The notes under the pieces were generated by a model. It worked only from the letters and a program-made list of their open reading frames with translations. It had not been told where the DNA came from and ran no database searches. Source: an uncultured delta proteobacterium (GTDB lineage: Bacteria > Desulfobacterota > Binatia > UBA9968). Taken from it: a stretch of DNA of 64,000 bases. Location: contig CAVXEP010000009.1 of the NCBI GenBank assembly GCA_963760795.1, positions 1 to 64,000 of the forward strand, written 5' to 3'. Shown here piece after piece: positions 32,441 to 42,945 of this stretch (positions are counted from its first letter, which is position 1; each line of letters starts with the position of its first letter). Position numbers and translations under genes: made by a program.

Positions 32441-33584
32441 TTGGGACGAAGCGACAATAGTCATGAGGATCTGGCACAGTTGATTGAAACCCCTGCATAC
32501 CTGAATCCTGCTCAAGCGCGCGACGCTTCGAGAAAACCGCCGGAAAAGTTTGCTAGTTTGGATCGATCGAGTGTGGCGCCAAGCGCCGCTCTCCCGGGGT
32601 TTATCATTGGCGAGCATCCTTTGATGCAGCGCATCAATGCCTTGATAACACGGGTTGCCAACACCGACGCCACCGTCCTGATCACCGGAGAAAGCGGCAC
32701 CGGAAAAGAAGTCGTCGCCCGGGCCATCCACAGTCTTAGCCAGCGGGTGCACCGTCCCTTCGTGCCAATCAACTGCGCGGCTATTCCCCACGAGTTGCTG
32801 GAGAGCGAGCTGTTCGGCCATGCCCGCGGCGCGTTTACCGGCGCCCATTCGGCCCGCGCCGGCATGTTTCAATTGGCCGAGGGCGGCACGATCTTTCTCG
32901 ACGAAGTGGGCGAGATTCCAATCACTTTGCAGCCCAAGCTCTTGCGCGTATTGCAATGCGGCGAAGTACGCCCAGTAGGCTCCGATCAAACGACGGCGAT
33001 CGATGTGCGCGTGATCGCCGCCACCAATAAAGATCTAGCCAAAGAGCTTCAGGCCGGTACTTTTCGCGAGGATCTCTTTTACCGGCTACAGGTCATTCCC
33101 ATCCACTTGCCGCCGCTGCGTTCGCGCCGCTCCGATGTGCCGTTGCTGCTCGGCCACTTTTTGGAAAAATCGAACCGCAAGTACGCTGCCTCGGCCATAA
33201 TCTCGGAGGAAGCGAGCGTTTATCTGTGGGAATATGACTGGCCGGGCAACGTCCGCGAACTGGAAAACGTCGTAGAGCGGCTCGTGGTTCTCTGCGAAAA
33301 TGGCCAGATTGGCCTCAACGATTTACCGGCCAATATTGCTTCTTTCGTATCGGAAAAAAAGCTTCCTCAACCGACGCTGATCAACAATGACATGGACTTT
33401 CGCTCGGCACTTAGAGCAATTCGAGCAGCGTCTGATCGATGAAGCCCTAAGACTTGCTAACGGCAATAAAGCGATGGCGGCGCGGATGTTAAAGATCAAG
33501 CGCACGACGCTGGTCGCCAAACTACACAGCCGATCGACAAGAAAGGAAGACGATGAATACCCAATCATACGTATCACCAACTAA
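32441..33584 (+). CDS. Second sigma54 enhancer-binding protein lacking a receiver domain (frameshifted)
   Basis: GESGTGKE, GAFTGA, WPGNVRELEN. HTH GNKAMAARMLKIKRTTLV in 33387-33584. Start uncertain. Confidence 0.85.
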
Positions 33585-34032
33585 GCCGCTACCCGCTGAT
33601 TTTAAGATTCTCATCGTCGACGACAACCGCGATTTTGTCGAATTTATCAGGCTTTTACTCGCCCACCACGGCTACACCGTGCGCTCGGCTTTCAGCGGCC
33701 GGGAATGCCTTGAAAGCGTGCGCCTTGAGCCCATCGACCTCGTCATCCTAGACGTGATGATGCCGCAAATGGACGGCTTGACCGTGTGCCGTGAATTGAA
33801 ACAGCTTCGTCCGGCGTTGCCAGTCATCCTGTTGACCGCCAAGGATGACATGGCAACACGGGCTGCCGCCATGACTTTGGGCGTTAGCGAGTTTCTCGCC
33901 AAACCCGTCAATATCGTCGATTTCCTCACCCGCGTGCGCACGCAACACGACAATCGACAGTGGGACGAAGAGCTAAATGCCACCCTGAGTGCAAGTACCG
34001 AGGCAAACAATCTCACGCCGCTCAATACCTAA
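33553..34032 (+). CDS. Single-domain response regulator
   Basis: IVDDN, LDVMMPQMDG, LTAK, AKPV. Confidence 0.9.
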   Translation: MNTQSYVSPTKPLPADFKILIVDDNRDFVEFIRLLLAHHGYTVRSAFSGRECLESVRLEPIDLVILDVMMPQMDGLTVCRELKQLRPALPVILLTAKDDMATRAAAMTLGVSEFLAKPVNIVDFLTRVRTQHDNRQWDEELNATLSASTEANNLTPLNT

Positions 34033-34590
34033 CTGCTTTCTTGCCGTCCTCCGTTCCCCTTCGCCGAAACAAACCCCTCAAACTCGGTGCGGTACCAAAG
34101 GCTTGACTCGGAGCCTCGAGTCACAACCCGATTTGCCGGTCTAATGCGATTGTCGCGCTCGGCTTAAAATCAGTCCGATTTAAGGGATGGACAGTACATC
34201 CGCACGATCGGCCACTTACGAGTCCGTCATTTGGTAATCTCAGACAGTTATGGTATGAGCTTTGATGCGAGCGCTGCTAGCGATTGCCAAGGAACAATAA
34301 CTGCGTCAATTCTGCGGTTCACGCAGACAAAGGCGCATGTGTATAGCCGGCAGTCAGCTAAACTAAGCAAGGTGCAGGCACCTCCATGTCATTGCGATCT
34401 TCACTTACGGTAGTGCAGTGTAATCCTCCTTGTTCCGCTGCCGACATTTTTTTCAGCAATGACGCCGAACCGATGGACTACCAAGGCCGGCAGCCACCGG
34501 CCACGTATGCAAATTGGAAATCAGATTGCTCGACAAGATATTTTTGAGAGAGGCTGTTGCGCGCGATCGCACTCGTCGCAATATAAACTG

Positions 34591-35253
34591 ATGGCAAAGA
34601 TCGACGCCGAAGGGAAAAACCCGGCGACACGGGTGTTGTTGGCTGACGACCATGTGGTCGTTCGCAGCGGATTGAAAAGCCTGCTGGTCACCGAAGGCTT
34701 CGAAATCGTCGCCGAGGCATCCAATGGCCAGGAGGCCGTTGAGATGGTGAATACACTTGGCCCCGACGTGGCGGTACTCGACATCACCATGCCACTACTC
34801 AACGGCATCGACGCCGCCCGCCAAATCTGCGCGACGAGTCCGCGAACCAAAGTGATACTCCTGACCCAGCATAAGGAGGAACAATACGCGCTCGAAGCGC
34901 TGCGCTCAGGGGTCAAAGGCTATGTACTGAAGAGCCAAGCCACAGCCGACTTGGTGCAAGCAATCCGAACAACTTTACTAGGCGATATTTACCTGAGCCC
35001 GGGCATCTCCGAAAGCGTGGTCAACGCTGCGTTAGCCAAAGGCATCGGGAGAGCCGATCCCTTGACGCAACGGGAACGACAAATCTTACAACTCATCGCC
35101 GAAGGCAAGAGTAACAAAGAATGCGCGCAGCAGCTCGACCTGAGCGTCAAGACCGTGGAGTCCCATCGCTCCAATCTGATGAAAAAACTCGATCTCCACG
35201 AGACCGCAGGACTGGTCCGTCACGCCATTAGAATCGGCTTAATCGAGCCGTGA
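34591..35253 (+). CDS. NarL/LuxR-family response regulator
   Basis: LADDH receiver, LTQRERQILQLIAEG..SVKTVESHR HTH. Confidence 0.93.
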   Translation: MAKIDAEGKNPATRVLLADDHVVVRSGLKSLLVTEGFEIVAEASNGQEAVEMVNTLGPDVAVLDITMPLLNGIDAARQICATSPRTKVILLTQHKEEQYALEALRSGVKGYVLKSQATADLVQAIRTTLLGDIYLSPGISESVVNAALAKGIGRADPLTQRERQILQLIAEGKSNKECAQQLDLSVKTVESHRSNLMKKLDLHETAGLVRHAIRIGLIEP

Positions 35254-35692
35254 TATGCCGCGGCTGCGAAAGCTGAACTAGTCGGAACTCCGCAGTCGAA
35301 AAACAGCAGAACATCCTGCGACGGGTAAGATAAGAATGGAATGGTGAACCACCCAACGGTGTGGTGGCAAATATTTATTCCATCCTTCGCCCCGCAGTCA
35401 AATTACATCTGCGGATTCCGAGCTTAGCCAACCCGACCCACAGGTCAAAGCCTAACCCATTATGGGCTCAAGCCATTTACCCCAATCGTCTCAGGTATTA
35501 GCCGGACTACTCGCCTAATATTCCGAGGCTAGACCCAGCAGTCTTAGCGACACAAAAGGGAGACTCGTTCCGACGAGTCACGGGCCGAGCAATGCACCGG
35601 GAGAGTTCAAGCTGATTACCGGACACACATCCGTGCGAATCGGTGAAATGAAAGGCGCTTGTCCCGAGGCAACGTAGCGGCGCAGCCCGCCG

Positions 35693-36860
35693 CTATTGGT
35701 TGACGGCGAGCGGCGAGCGATCGTAATCGCCTAGTTTAATGGATTCCGAAAGATGAGTATCGATGAACGGATTGTTCGCCGGATCGCGCACAACGCCCAT
35801 GGGATCTAGACCCTGTTGCACTTTTTTCATCTCGCGAAACATTACCGCGCGCAGCAGAATCACGCCGCGGTCCGAGCTGGTAAGCCGCTCCTGCAGTCCG
35901 GTCGCAAATCGGTCCCTGAGTTTCCCACGCCATATGGTCCTGCGCCTGCACCGAATCCATGCGAAAGCGCGTAAACGGATGAAGCGCGTCGGGAGGATTC
36001 TTATACGACTTGAGGTACTCCACCGGCGGCTCGTCGTTCTCGACAATCTCGCCGTTCTCGGTGGGATAAAAGCGCACAAAATAGATTTTCGTATGGGTGT
36101 CGTCCATTGGCACACGGATCTGACCGACATTGCCCTGGCGTAATATGTTCGGGAAGATCACCGGATGCTCGTCGATCATGCCGTTTTTATAGGTGCGCCG
36201 TTTCATCAAACCGTAAGGCACTTCATAGAAGTCGAACTCGGCGACATCGTCGGTGAGTCCGCGCGTGCTGTCCTGAATTTCTCGGCCGCGATTGGCGGTT
36301 TCCTGGTGGAGAATTTGTAAATGCGCCGGGTCCATGGAGTTTTCCATGGGCTGGAACCAGTTGGCGTCGAGCTGCGGTTGGATGACGATCTTGCGGCGGC
36401 CGTCTTTGCGAAACCACACGTCGAAATTGGCGATCAGCGGCGCCGGCAGCGGACCGAGATAGGCCCAGTAAAGCCCGACCAGTTTTTGCACCGGATAGGA
36501 TTTCTGTTTGACGGTGCGATGGAATTTGCTATCGCAGGGCTCCGCCGGTGTCTCTAAACAGTTCCCTTTGGTATCGTACAGCCAGCCATGATACGCGCAG
36601 GCGATACCGCGCGCTTCGACCCGACCATAAGACAAGGACACGCCGCGATGGGAGCAACGGTCGTCGAGCAAGCCGACATTGCCGCTCTTATCGCGGAACA
36701 ACACCAAGGTCTCGCCCAGGATGCGCACCACTTGGGTTGGGTTCTCCGCGGTGAGTTCGCTCGCCACGCCGACCGGCAACCAGTAGCGGCGCAGCAACTC
36801 GCCCGCCGGCGTGCCCGGCCCGACTCGCGTCAACATCTCGTTTTCTGCTCTCGTCAGCAT
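35693..36860 (-). CDS. Rieske non-heme iron oxygenase alpha subunit (LigXa/phthalate-dioxygenase-like), frameshift near 35885
   Basis: CSHRG..CAYHGW, ENSMDPAHLQILH, QDHMAWETQG. Confidence 0.9.
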
Positions 36861-37134
36861 AACCTTACTCCTACGATTAACGATTCGAGTTACTTTTTAC
36901 CCGCTTCGTTCAGTGCGTCGTCGACGATCTTCAATGCCGCGTCGATCATCGACGTAAATATTAGCCAAGGAACCGCCTACTACGCAAGCCCTTATTGATA
37001 AAAAAGCTTGCAAAATCAATAAGTTAACTTACGCATGGAATTTTAATGTATTAACGATCGGGCGGAAGAGGAACGCCAAAAATGGCTGCTGATTGCCAAG
37101 CAGTTAGGATAAGTGGATGGAAGGAGCGAAATGG

Positions 37135-38314
37135 TTAGGAGACCGCACGTGCTGGCGGCGTGGGCGCTTGGGCGTACAGACCGATGCGTTCATTGATGAC
37201 GCCAAGATCGATGAGCTGGTTCTTCGCCGAGTCTCGGATCACGCCGAGCGGGTCGAAACCCTGCTGCACTCGTTCGATCTGCTCTCTGAGAAGCTTGCGC
37301 AGCTCGATAACCCCCTCATCACCGACGCCGAGATGCTCGGTGGCACGATCGGTAGGCGCACCTTGAGTTTCCCACGCCATCGAATCCTGTGCCGACACCA
37401 TGTCCATACGGTATTCGCGCGGCGCGGTTTTAAGCGGCGTGAACCGATACGGCACCGGCGCATCGGCGGGCGAGCGCTCGGTCTCGGACGGCACGAAGTT
37501 GGCGCGAAACACCTGCGTATGATGATCGTCCACCGGCACGCGAATCTGTAGATTATGCCGTACCGACTTGCCGTCGTCGAACGGCGCGACGTGGCGCAGC
37601 ACCGACGGAAACAACAACGGATGCTCGTCGACCTCCGGCTCACTGCCGGTGGCGAGCGATAACGTCGTGCGGCGTTTTTTGATGCCATATTCGAAACGGA
37701 TGAATTCATGCCGCTCAGAATATTTTTTCACCCGCGGCGCCAGATGCGCGGTGTCGCCATGCAGCCAGAACAGGTGCGAAGGATCGACGGAGTTTTCCAT
37801 CGGTTGCAGCCAATTGCATTCGATCACCGACTCTTTGACGATCCACCGCTTGCCATGTTCCCAGACCAAAACATCCCAGCGCGGCAACAGCGGCGCCGGC
37901 GCGGGACCCAGGTAAGCGTAAATCAGCCCGCCCAGGTATTGCACCGGATAGGCGACCTGTTTGATGCGGTCTTTGAACGTACTGTCGACGCGGTTCCGCC
38001 GGCTGCTCCAGACATTTTCCCGTGCCGTCGAACTTCCAGCCGTGATAGGGGCAGCGAATGCCTTGCTCATCGACTCGGCCGTAGGCGAGGGATGCCAAAC
38101 GATGCGGACAATGCTCGCCGACCAATCCGTAGTTGCCCGACCGGTCGCGGTAAACCACCAACTCTTCGCCGAGAATCTTGACGGCGCGAATCGGCTTTTC
38201 ATCGGTCAATTCGGCGGCCGCGGCTACCGGATGCCAATAACGCCGCAACAGTTCGCCGCACGGCGTGCCCCGGCCAACTTGCGTCAACAATAAATTTTCT
38301 TCATGCGTCAGCAT
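37135..38314 (-). CDS. Rieske oxygenase alpha subunit, frameshift near 37990
   Basis: CPHRL..CPYHGW, ENSVDPSHLFWLH, QDSMAWETQG. Confidence 0.9.
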
Positions 38315-38508
38315 ATTAGGTTTTTACCTGCGCACAAAACTTCCGCCAATCCGCCATCCTCGATCTTCGATCCTCGAAGAGATTCTAAACTAAGCCTTAC
38401 GCTGCAACTCATGATACTGGTGAAACTTGCGCGCTTCGTCGAGGCGCAGCGGAAACTCCTGCCGCCGAAAGTGTTTTGAAAGCTTCGACGACCGCGTCCG
38501 TCAACAAT

Positions 38509-39177
38509 TTACTCCTGCTTCTTGTTGAGCATCTGCTCGTATCCAAGTCTCTCCAACATTTCGCGGCCCGAATAGCCCTTGCGGATACCGGCGGCCATTT
38601 CCTGTTCCTTGGCGTAGATCCCCTCAGCGGCAGAGACCACTTCTTGCTCTTTTTCTTTGGGCACAATGATGATGCCGCTGCCGTCGGCGAGCACCAGATC
38701 GCCGGGACGGCACTGCACGCCGGCGAACTGAATTTCTTGATTGTAAGATTCCTGGACCACGCGATTGCGCGCCGTCATCGGCACCGCGCCGCGGGCGTAC
38801 ACCGGGAACTCCAACTCGCGCGCCTCGTCGATGTCGCGCGACGCGCCGTCGATCACCACGCCGCTCACGCCCTTGAGCTTGGCCGAGAGCGCCAGCAGAC
38901 CACCCCAACAGGAGAACTCCAGCTTGCCGCCGTTATCGATGACGATAACATCGCCCGGCTGCGCCGCTTCAATCGGAGCCGTGCCCAAATGCTGCGTCGG
39001 CTGCTGCAAGCCTGCCGGCTTGATCTTCATCGTCACCGCCCGGCCGGCGATCTTCGGGCAAGGCCACTGCGGCCGCACGCCCCAGGTCGCCCCCTTGAGA
39101 CTCAAACTGTCCAACGCATCCGACACCGCGCAGGTGTCGAGTTTGATCAGTCGTTCAATTATCGGCTCACGTGCCAT
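38509..39177 (-). CDS. RraA/HMG-CHA aldolase family protein
   Basis: AVSDALD..GRAVT..CWGGLL..DGASRDIDE..PGDLVLAD. Confidence 0.9.
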   Translation of the reverse strand: MAREPIIERLIKLDTCAVSDALDSLSLKGATWGVRPQWPCPKIAGRAVTMKIKPAGLQQPTQHLGTAPIEAAQPGDVIVIDNGGKLEFSCWGGLLALSAKLKGVSGVVIDGASRDIDEARELEFPVYARGAVPMTARNRVVQESYNQEIQFAGVQCRPGDLVLADGSGIIIVPKEKEQEVVSAAEGIYAKEQEMAAGIRKGYSGREMLERLGYEQMLNKKQE

Positions 39178-39275
39178 TACAACTCCACCAGCCAATTTCT
39201 GCCAATGACGCGATTTAGCGTCTTGAATCCGATTTAACTTTGCACTTTTGAACCTGGAACCTTGAACCAATCTTT

Positions 39276-40232
39276 TTACTGCCAGTACGCGAATCCCATG
39301 CCGCAGCCGGTCGCCGCCGGCGAGCGATAGGTCGTGACATATTCGAGATATTTCAGATCGCGATTCTCCATCGCGCCGGCAAGCGCTACCCAGTTCAAAA
39401 TCTCCGACGTGCCACCGGTCAATTTTTGCCGCGGCAATTGAAACAGCACCTCCGGCTTCTTATTTTTCAGTCCATCGATCACCATGGCGTCGATTTCCTC
39501 GTCGATCACCACATGGCTCAGCCCGCCCGACGCCAACAGAGCCACGCGCTTGGTGCTATCCCAAGACTCGATGGCTTTGCGCACCGCCTGGCCAAAGGCG
39601 TAACAACGCTTCGGTGTCGGCTGGTTGGGCGGATAGTAAGTGTTCACCATCACCGGCACCATCGGCAACTTGGTTCCAGGTAATATGCGCCGATAGAGAA
39701 AACTGAACGCATGGCCGACACCGATCTCGGCGCGCAGTTTGTTACAGCGCGCGATGTCGAACTCCGCGTCGGTGAGGCCGCGAATCAAATGATTCGCCAA
39801 GTCGGATGCGGTCTCGTATTCCGGCGCGGTTTCCGACCAGCCCTGCTCTTCGGCATTTTTCCATGCCGCCGGCCGTAGGTTGTTATGCTTCACCACCGGC
39901 AAACCCTTACCGTGGTAGATGGCGAACATCGGCATGTTGTCGTCGTGAAATTGTTCCTGCTGATCGTCGCCGAAAACCACCACCACATCGGCGTTGGCTT
40001 TTTGCAATGCGTCGCCTAGATTTTTAATCGCCTTCAGACAAGCTTCGTCGCGCTCGTGAAATTTCTCCGGCGTAAGCTCCGCGGCCAATCCGGGCTTCGC
40101 CTTCGCCAGCAAACCTTGGTAGTCGAGCCGCGGATCAGTTTGATCCTTTTTGAGCAGATGATCCCAGTCTTTGGCCCGGATGCTCAACTGCGGACTATGC
40201 GATGTGCCGATACCGATAACGATCTCTGCCAT
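39276..40232 (-). CDS. LigB-family (type II) extradiol ring-cleavage dioxygenase-like protein
   Basis: GTSHSPQL, GHAF, ASGGLSH, GTSEILNW. Confidence 0.85.
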   Translation of the reverse strand: MAEIVIGIGTSHSPQLSIRAKDWDHLLKKDQTDPRLDYQGLLAKAKPGLAAELTPEKFHERDEACLKAIKNLGDALQKANADVVVVFGDDQQEQFHDDNMPMFAIYHGKGLPVVKHNNLRPAAWKNAEEQGWSETAPEYETASDLANHLIRGLTDAEFDIARCNKLRAEIGVGHAFSFLYRRILPGTKLPMVPVMVNTYYPPNQPTPKRCYAFGQAVRKAIESWDSTKRVALLASGGLSHVVIDEEIDAMVIDGLKNKKPEVLFQLPRQKLTGGTSEILNWVALAGAMENRDLKYLEYVTTYRSPAATGCGMGFAYWQ

Positions 40233-40575
40233 AAATTTACTCCTCCTTGGCCATTGGGCCATTGAACCGGTCGCGCAGCTTGTGAATGTGTAAATGATCT
40301 ACAAGTAAACTTCCGTCTCTGTCAAGCAAGCGGCGGTCGCGCGAAGCAGCCGTAACCGAGGGAATTAAGAGATTTCACCGCAAAGTACGCAAATAGGAGT
40401 ATTCACCGCAGAGACCCTGAGTTCGCACGGATTCAAAAAATTTCACTCTCCGCGTGCTCTGCGCCTCCGCGATCAAAGTTGACTTTCCCATTCGTAGTGC
40501 AGTCACGTTTCGCCTACCACTTGACGCGAACACCCGGGTTGCCTTAACAATTGCGCAAAAGCTTGGAGGTGATCC

Positions 40576-41667
40576 ATGGCGGCAACCAGCCGAGGCGCAA
40601 CGTTACTCGGACCGGACAAACTGGAAATCAGGGAATATCCCATCCCTGATATTAGCGCCGACGGCGGCCTGGTCAAAGTCGAAATGGGCGGCGTCTGCGG
40701 TTCCGATTTCAAATATCTCCATGGTGGCAAGAACGGCCTGCCCTACCCGCTAATCCTCGGCCACGAAATTTTAGGCCGTGTCGAAAAACTCGGCAAGGAA
40801 GCGGCAGCGATCCACGGCATTAAAGAAGGCGACCGCATCATTATGAAAGGCGCTAAGGGCTGCGGCCGCTGCGCCCACTGCCGGCGCGGCGCGGCGCGCT
40901 TTTGCAAAGCGCGTATTGGCTACGGCGGCCAGACCACCTGCGCCAACCCGCCCCATCTATTCGGCGGCTTCGCCGACTATCTTTACCTCGTGCCCGACAT
41001 TCTCGTCACCAAAGTCAGTAACGACCTGCCCGCCGAAGCGGCGGTGCTCATCGGCGCCGTCATGGCCAACGGCTATCAATGGGCGGTGCGCCAAGGCGGC
41101 GTCAAGATGGGCGACAGCGTGCTGATTCAGGGGCCGGGCCAGCAAGGTCTCGCCTGCACTTTCGCGGCAAAGATGGCTGGTGCAGCAAAAATTATCATCA
41201 CCGGATTAAGCCGTGACGCCGAACGCTTGGAAGTCGCAAAAAAATTTGGCGCCACGCGCACGATCGACGTCGAAAAAGAAAATGTCCTTGAAGTCATCCG
41301 CGCAGAAACCGACGGCGAACTGGTCGACGTCGCAGTCGATGTTTCCGGCAACGTCCAAGCGATCCGTACTTCGGTCGAATGCGTCCGTACCCTCGGCACG
41401 CTGGTCGTCGGCGGCCTGACGCGAGACGGCATCGACGTGCCGTTGAACGTGAATCTAATCGTCCGCCGGCAAATCCGTTTTCAAGGCGCCTTCACCACCG
41501 ACAACGACGCCACCGAGATCGCCATGAACGCCATCCAAGCGAGTAAATTCCCCGTCCAGCAAATGGTCACCCACACTTTTCCGCTCGATGAAACCGAAAA
41601 ATGCATCCGGGCCGTCGGCGGCGAGATCGAAGGGCTATATCCGGTGAAGGCGTTGATTAAACCGTAA
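40576..41667 (+). CDS. Zinc-binding alcohol dehydrogenase (MDR family)
   Basis: GVCGSD, GHE, CGRCAHC..C, GPGQQG. Confidence 0.92.
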   Translation: MAATSRGATLLGPDKLEIREYPIPDISADGGLVKVEMGGVCGSDFKYLHGGKNGLPYPLILGHEILGRVEKLGKEAAAIHGIKEGDRIIMKGAKGCGRCAHCRRGAARFCKARIGYGGQTTCANPPHLFGGFADYLYLVPDILVTKVSNDLPAEAAVLIGAVMANGYQWAVRQGGVKMGDSVLIQGPGQQGLACTFAAKMAGAAKIIITGLSRDAERLEVAKKFGATRTIDVEKENVLEVIRAETDGELVDVAVDVSGNVQAIRTSVECVRTLGTLVVGGLTRDGIDVPLNVNLIVRRQIRFQGAFTTDNDATEIAMNAIQASKFPVQQMVTHTFPLDETEKCIRAVGGEIEGLYPVKALIKP

Positions 41668-41738
41668 CGCGTCTGCGGTGGGTGCGGCGGTCCGGCCCGA
41701 AGCGGCAATCTAAATTTTGCGCGCTGGAGATTTCAGAC

Positions 41739-42380
41739 CTATCGTTCGAGTATGGATGTGTCGATGCCCTCGTTTGAGTTTGGGTCCGAAACTGCGGCCA
41801 GGGCGGAGGGATGCGCAAGCTGGGACTTTGCTGAGTTCATTGCCGGCGGCGCGAACACAGCCATGCGACTATTCCCCGCGAGGTGTTCGCCTAACGCTTG
41901 GGCTTGCTGATTAAAGACCGACACCATTCCCCGTATGCCGTCGCGCATGCGATTCACTTCGGCGGTAAGCGCGTTTACTTCGGAAACCCGGCTTGCCAAA
42001 GTTTCGTCCTTGGTTTTTACCTCGCTCTTCAGTTCACTGACTGTCGCGGTCAAATCCCGTTCGCGCGCTTGACTGGCCAACTCTTTTCTTTCAAGGAGAT
42101 CCCGTGTCTCTTTCAACTTGGTGTCGAGTGCTGTGATTTCACCGTTGAGTTTCTCGACAGTTTGCGCGGCTTGCTGACTTTCAATTGCCACTGCCACCTC
42201 GGCATCATTCGCTGCTACCCTTAATCTCCCGATGCGCTCGCCAAATAGTTTCTCAAACTCCACTAACTCCTTGCGCAAGCCGGTAGCGGTACCGCGAATT
42301 ACCCCATCGGTTAAAGCGGCGTTGCTCGGTTCGAAAGGGTTTACTCCCACCTCGTTAAGGGCGTCATATATTTTGCTCAT
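41739..42380 (-). CDS. Hypothetical coiled-coil protein
   Basis: 213 aa, GGAGG RBS, heptad-rich, begins MSKIYDAL. Confidence 0.7.
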   Translation of the reverse strand: MSKIYDALNEVGVNPFEPSNAALTDGVIRGTATGLRKELVEFEKLFGERIGRLRVAANDAEVAVAIESQQAAQTVEKLNGEITALDTKLKETRDLLERKELASQARERDLTATVSELKSEVKTKDETLASRVSEVNALTAEVNRMRDGIRGMVSVFNQQAQALGEHLAGNSRMAVFAPPAMNSAKSQLAHPSALAAVSDPNSNEGIDTSILER

Positions 42381-42457
42381 ATTGCCTCCGGTGTGGCCAT
42401 GCTTTTGTCACAACTCGTCCGGTTAGTTTGCTTGCGTTGGCCAATTTAGCCGGAGAA

Positions 42458-42473
42458 AGCATATTTTATGCCG
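42458..42473 (-). promoter_or_regulatory. Possible sigma54 promoter
   Basis: CGGCAT-AAAAT-ATGCT with GG-N10-GC spacing. Confidence 0.5.
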
Positions 42474-42945
42474 ACACCGGAGCCAGCGATTAACCTATCG
42501 ATAACTAACGATCTAGTTAGCGATCGATGGTTTCAGAGATGACAGTTTTGGACAAAATCTCGACTTGAATGCAGTGCCGCTTGCGCGCGCGGCGACAGCG
42601 GTGTTGGCCGATCTCAGTGGCGGTGGCTACCGTGAAATAGGCGCTGGCTACAACCCAGAGTGACAGAGCCTGGTAATCCGTTTGGGCGGACGTGACGGAA
42701 ATTCTCCTCGGCTGAATTGGTGATCACCAAGGTGAAGTAACCATGATGTAGCAATGATTCAGGTTTAGCGAGTCACACTGCTAGTCAAACATTTATGTAG
42801 GGGTTTTTTTGACCGGCGGATTTTGATAGAAATCGTGTTAGCCATTGATCGACGAGCGCACCCGCGGAATCGCTACAATATCAGCCGCGCGTCGTACAGC
42901 GATCATTTACGATTAACCGTCTGCGGTTAGTGAGAGGGCAAGCCG

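Noticed and set aside
35260-35690. Possible ncRNA between the LuxR regulator and the Rieske gene
   Set aside because: Short imperfect palindromes only, with no recognisable RNA family.
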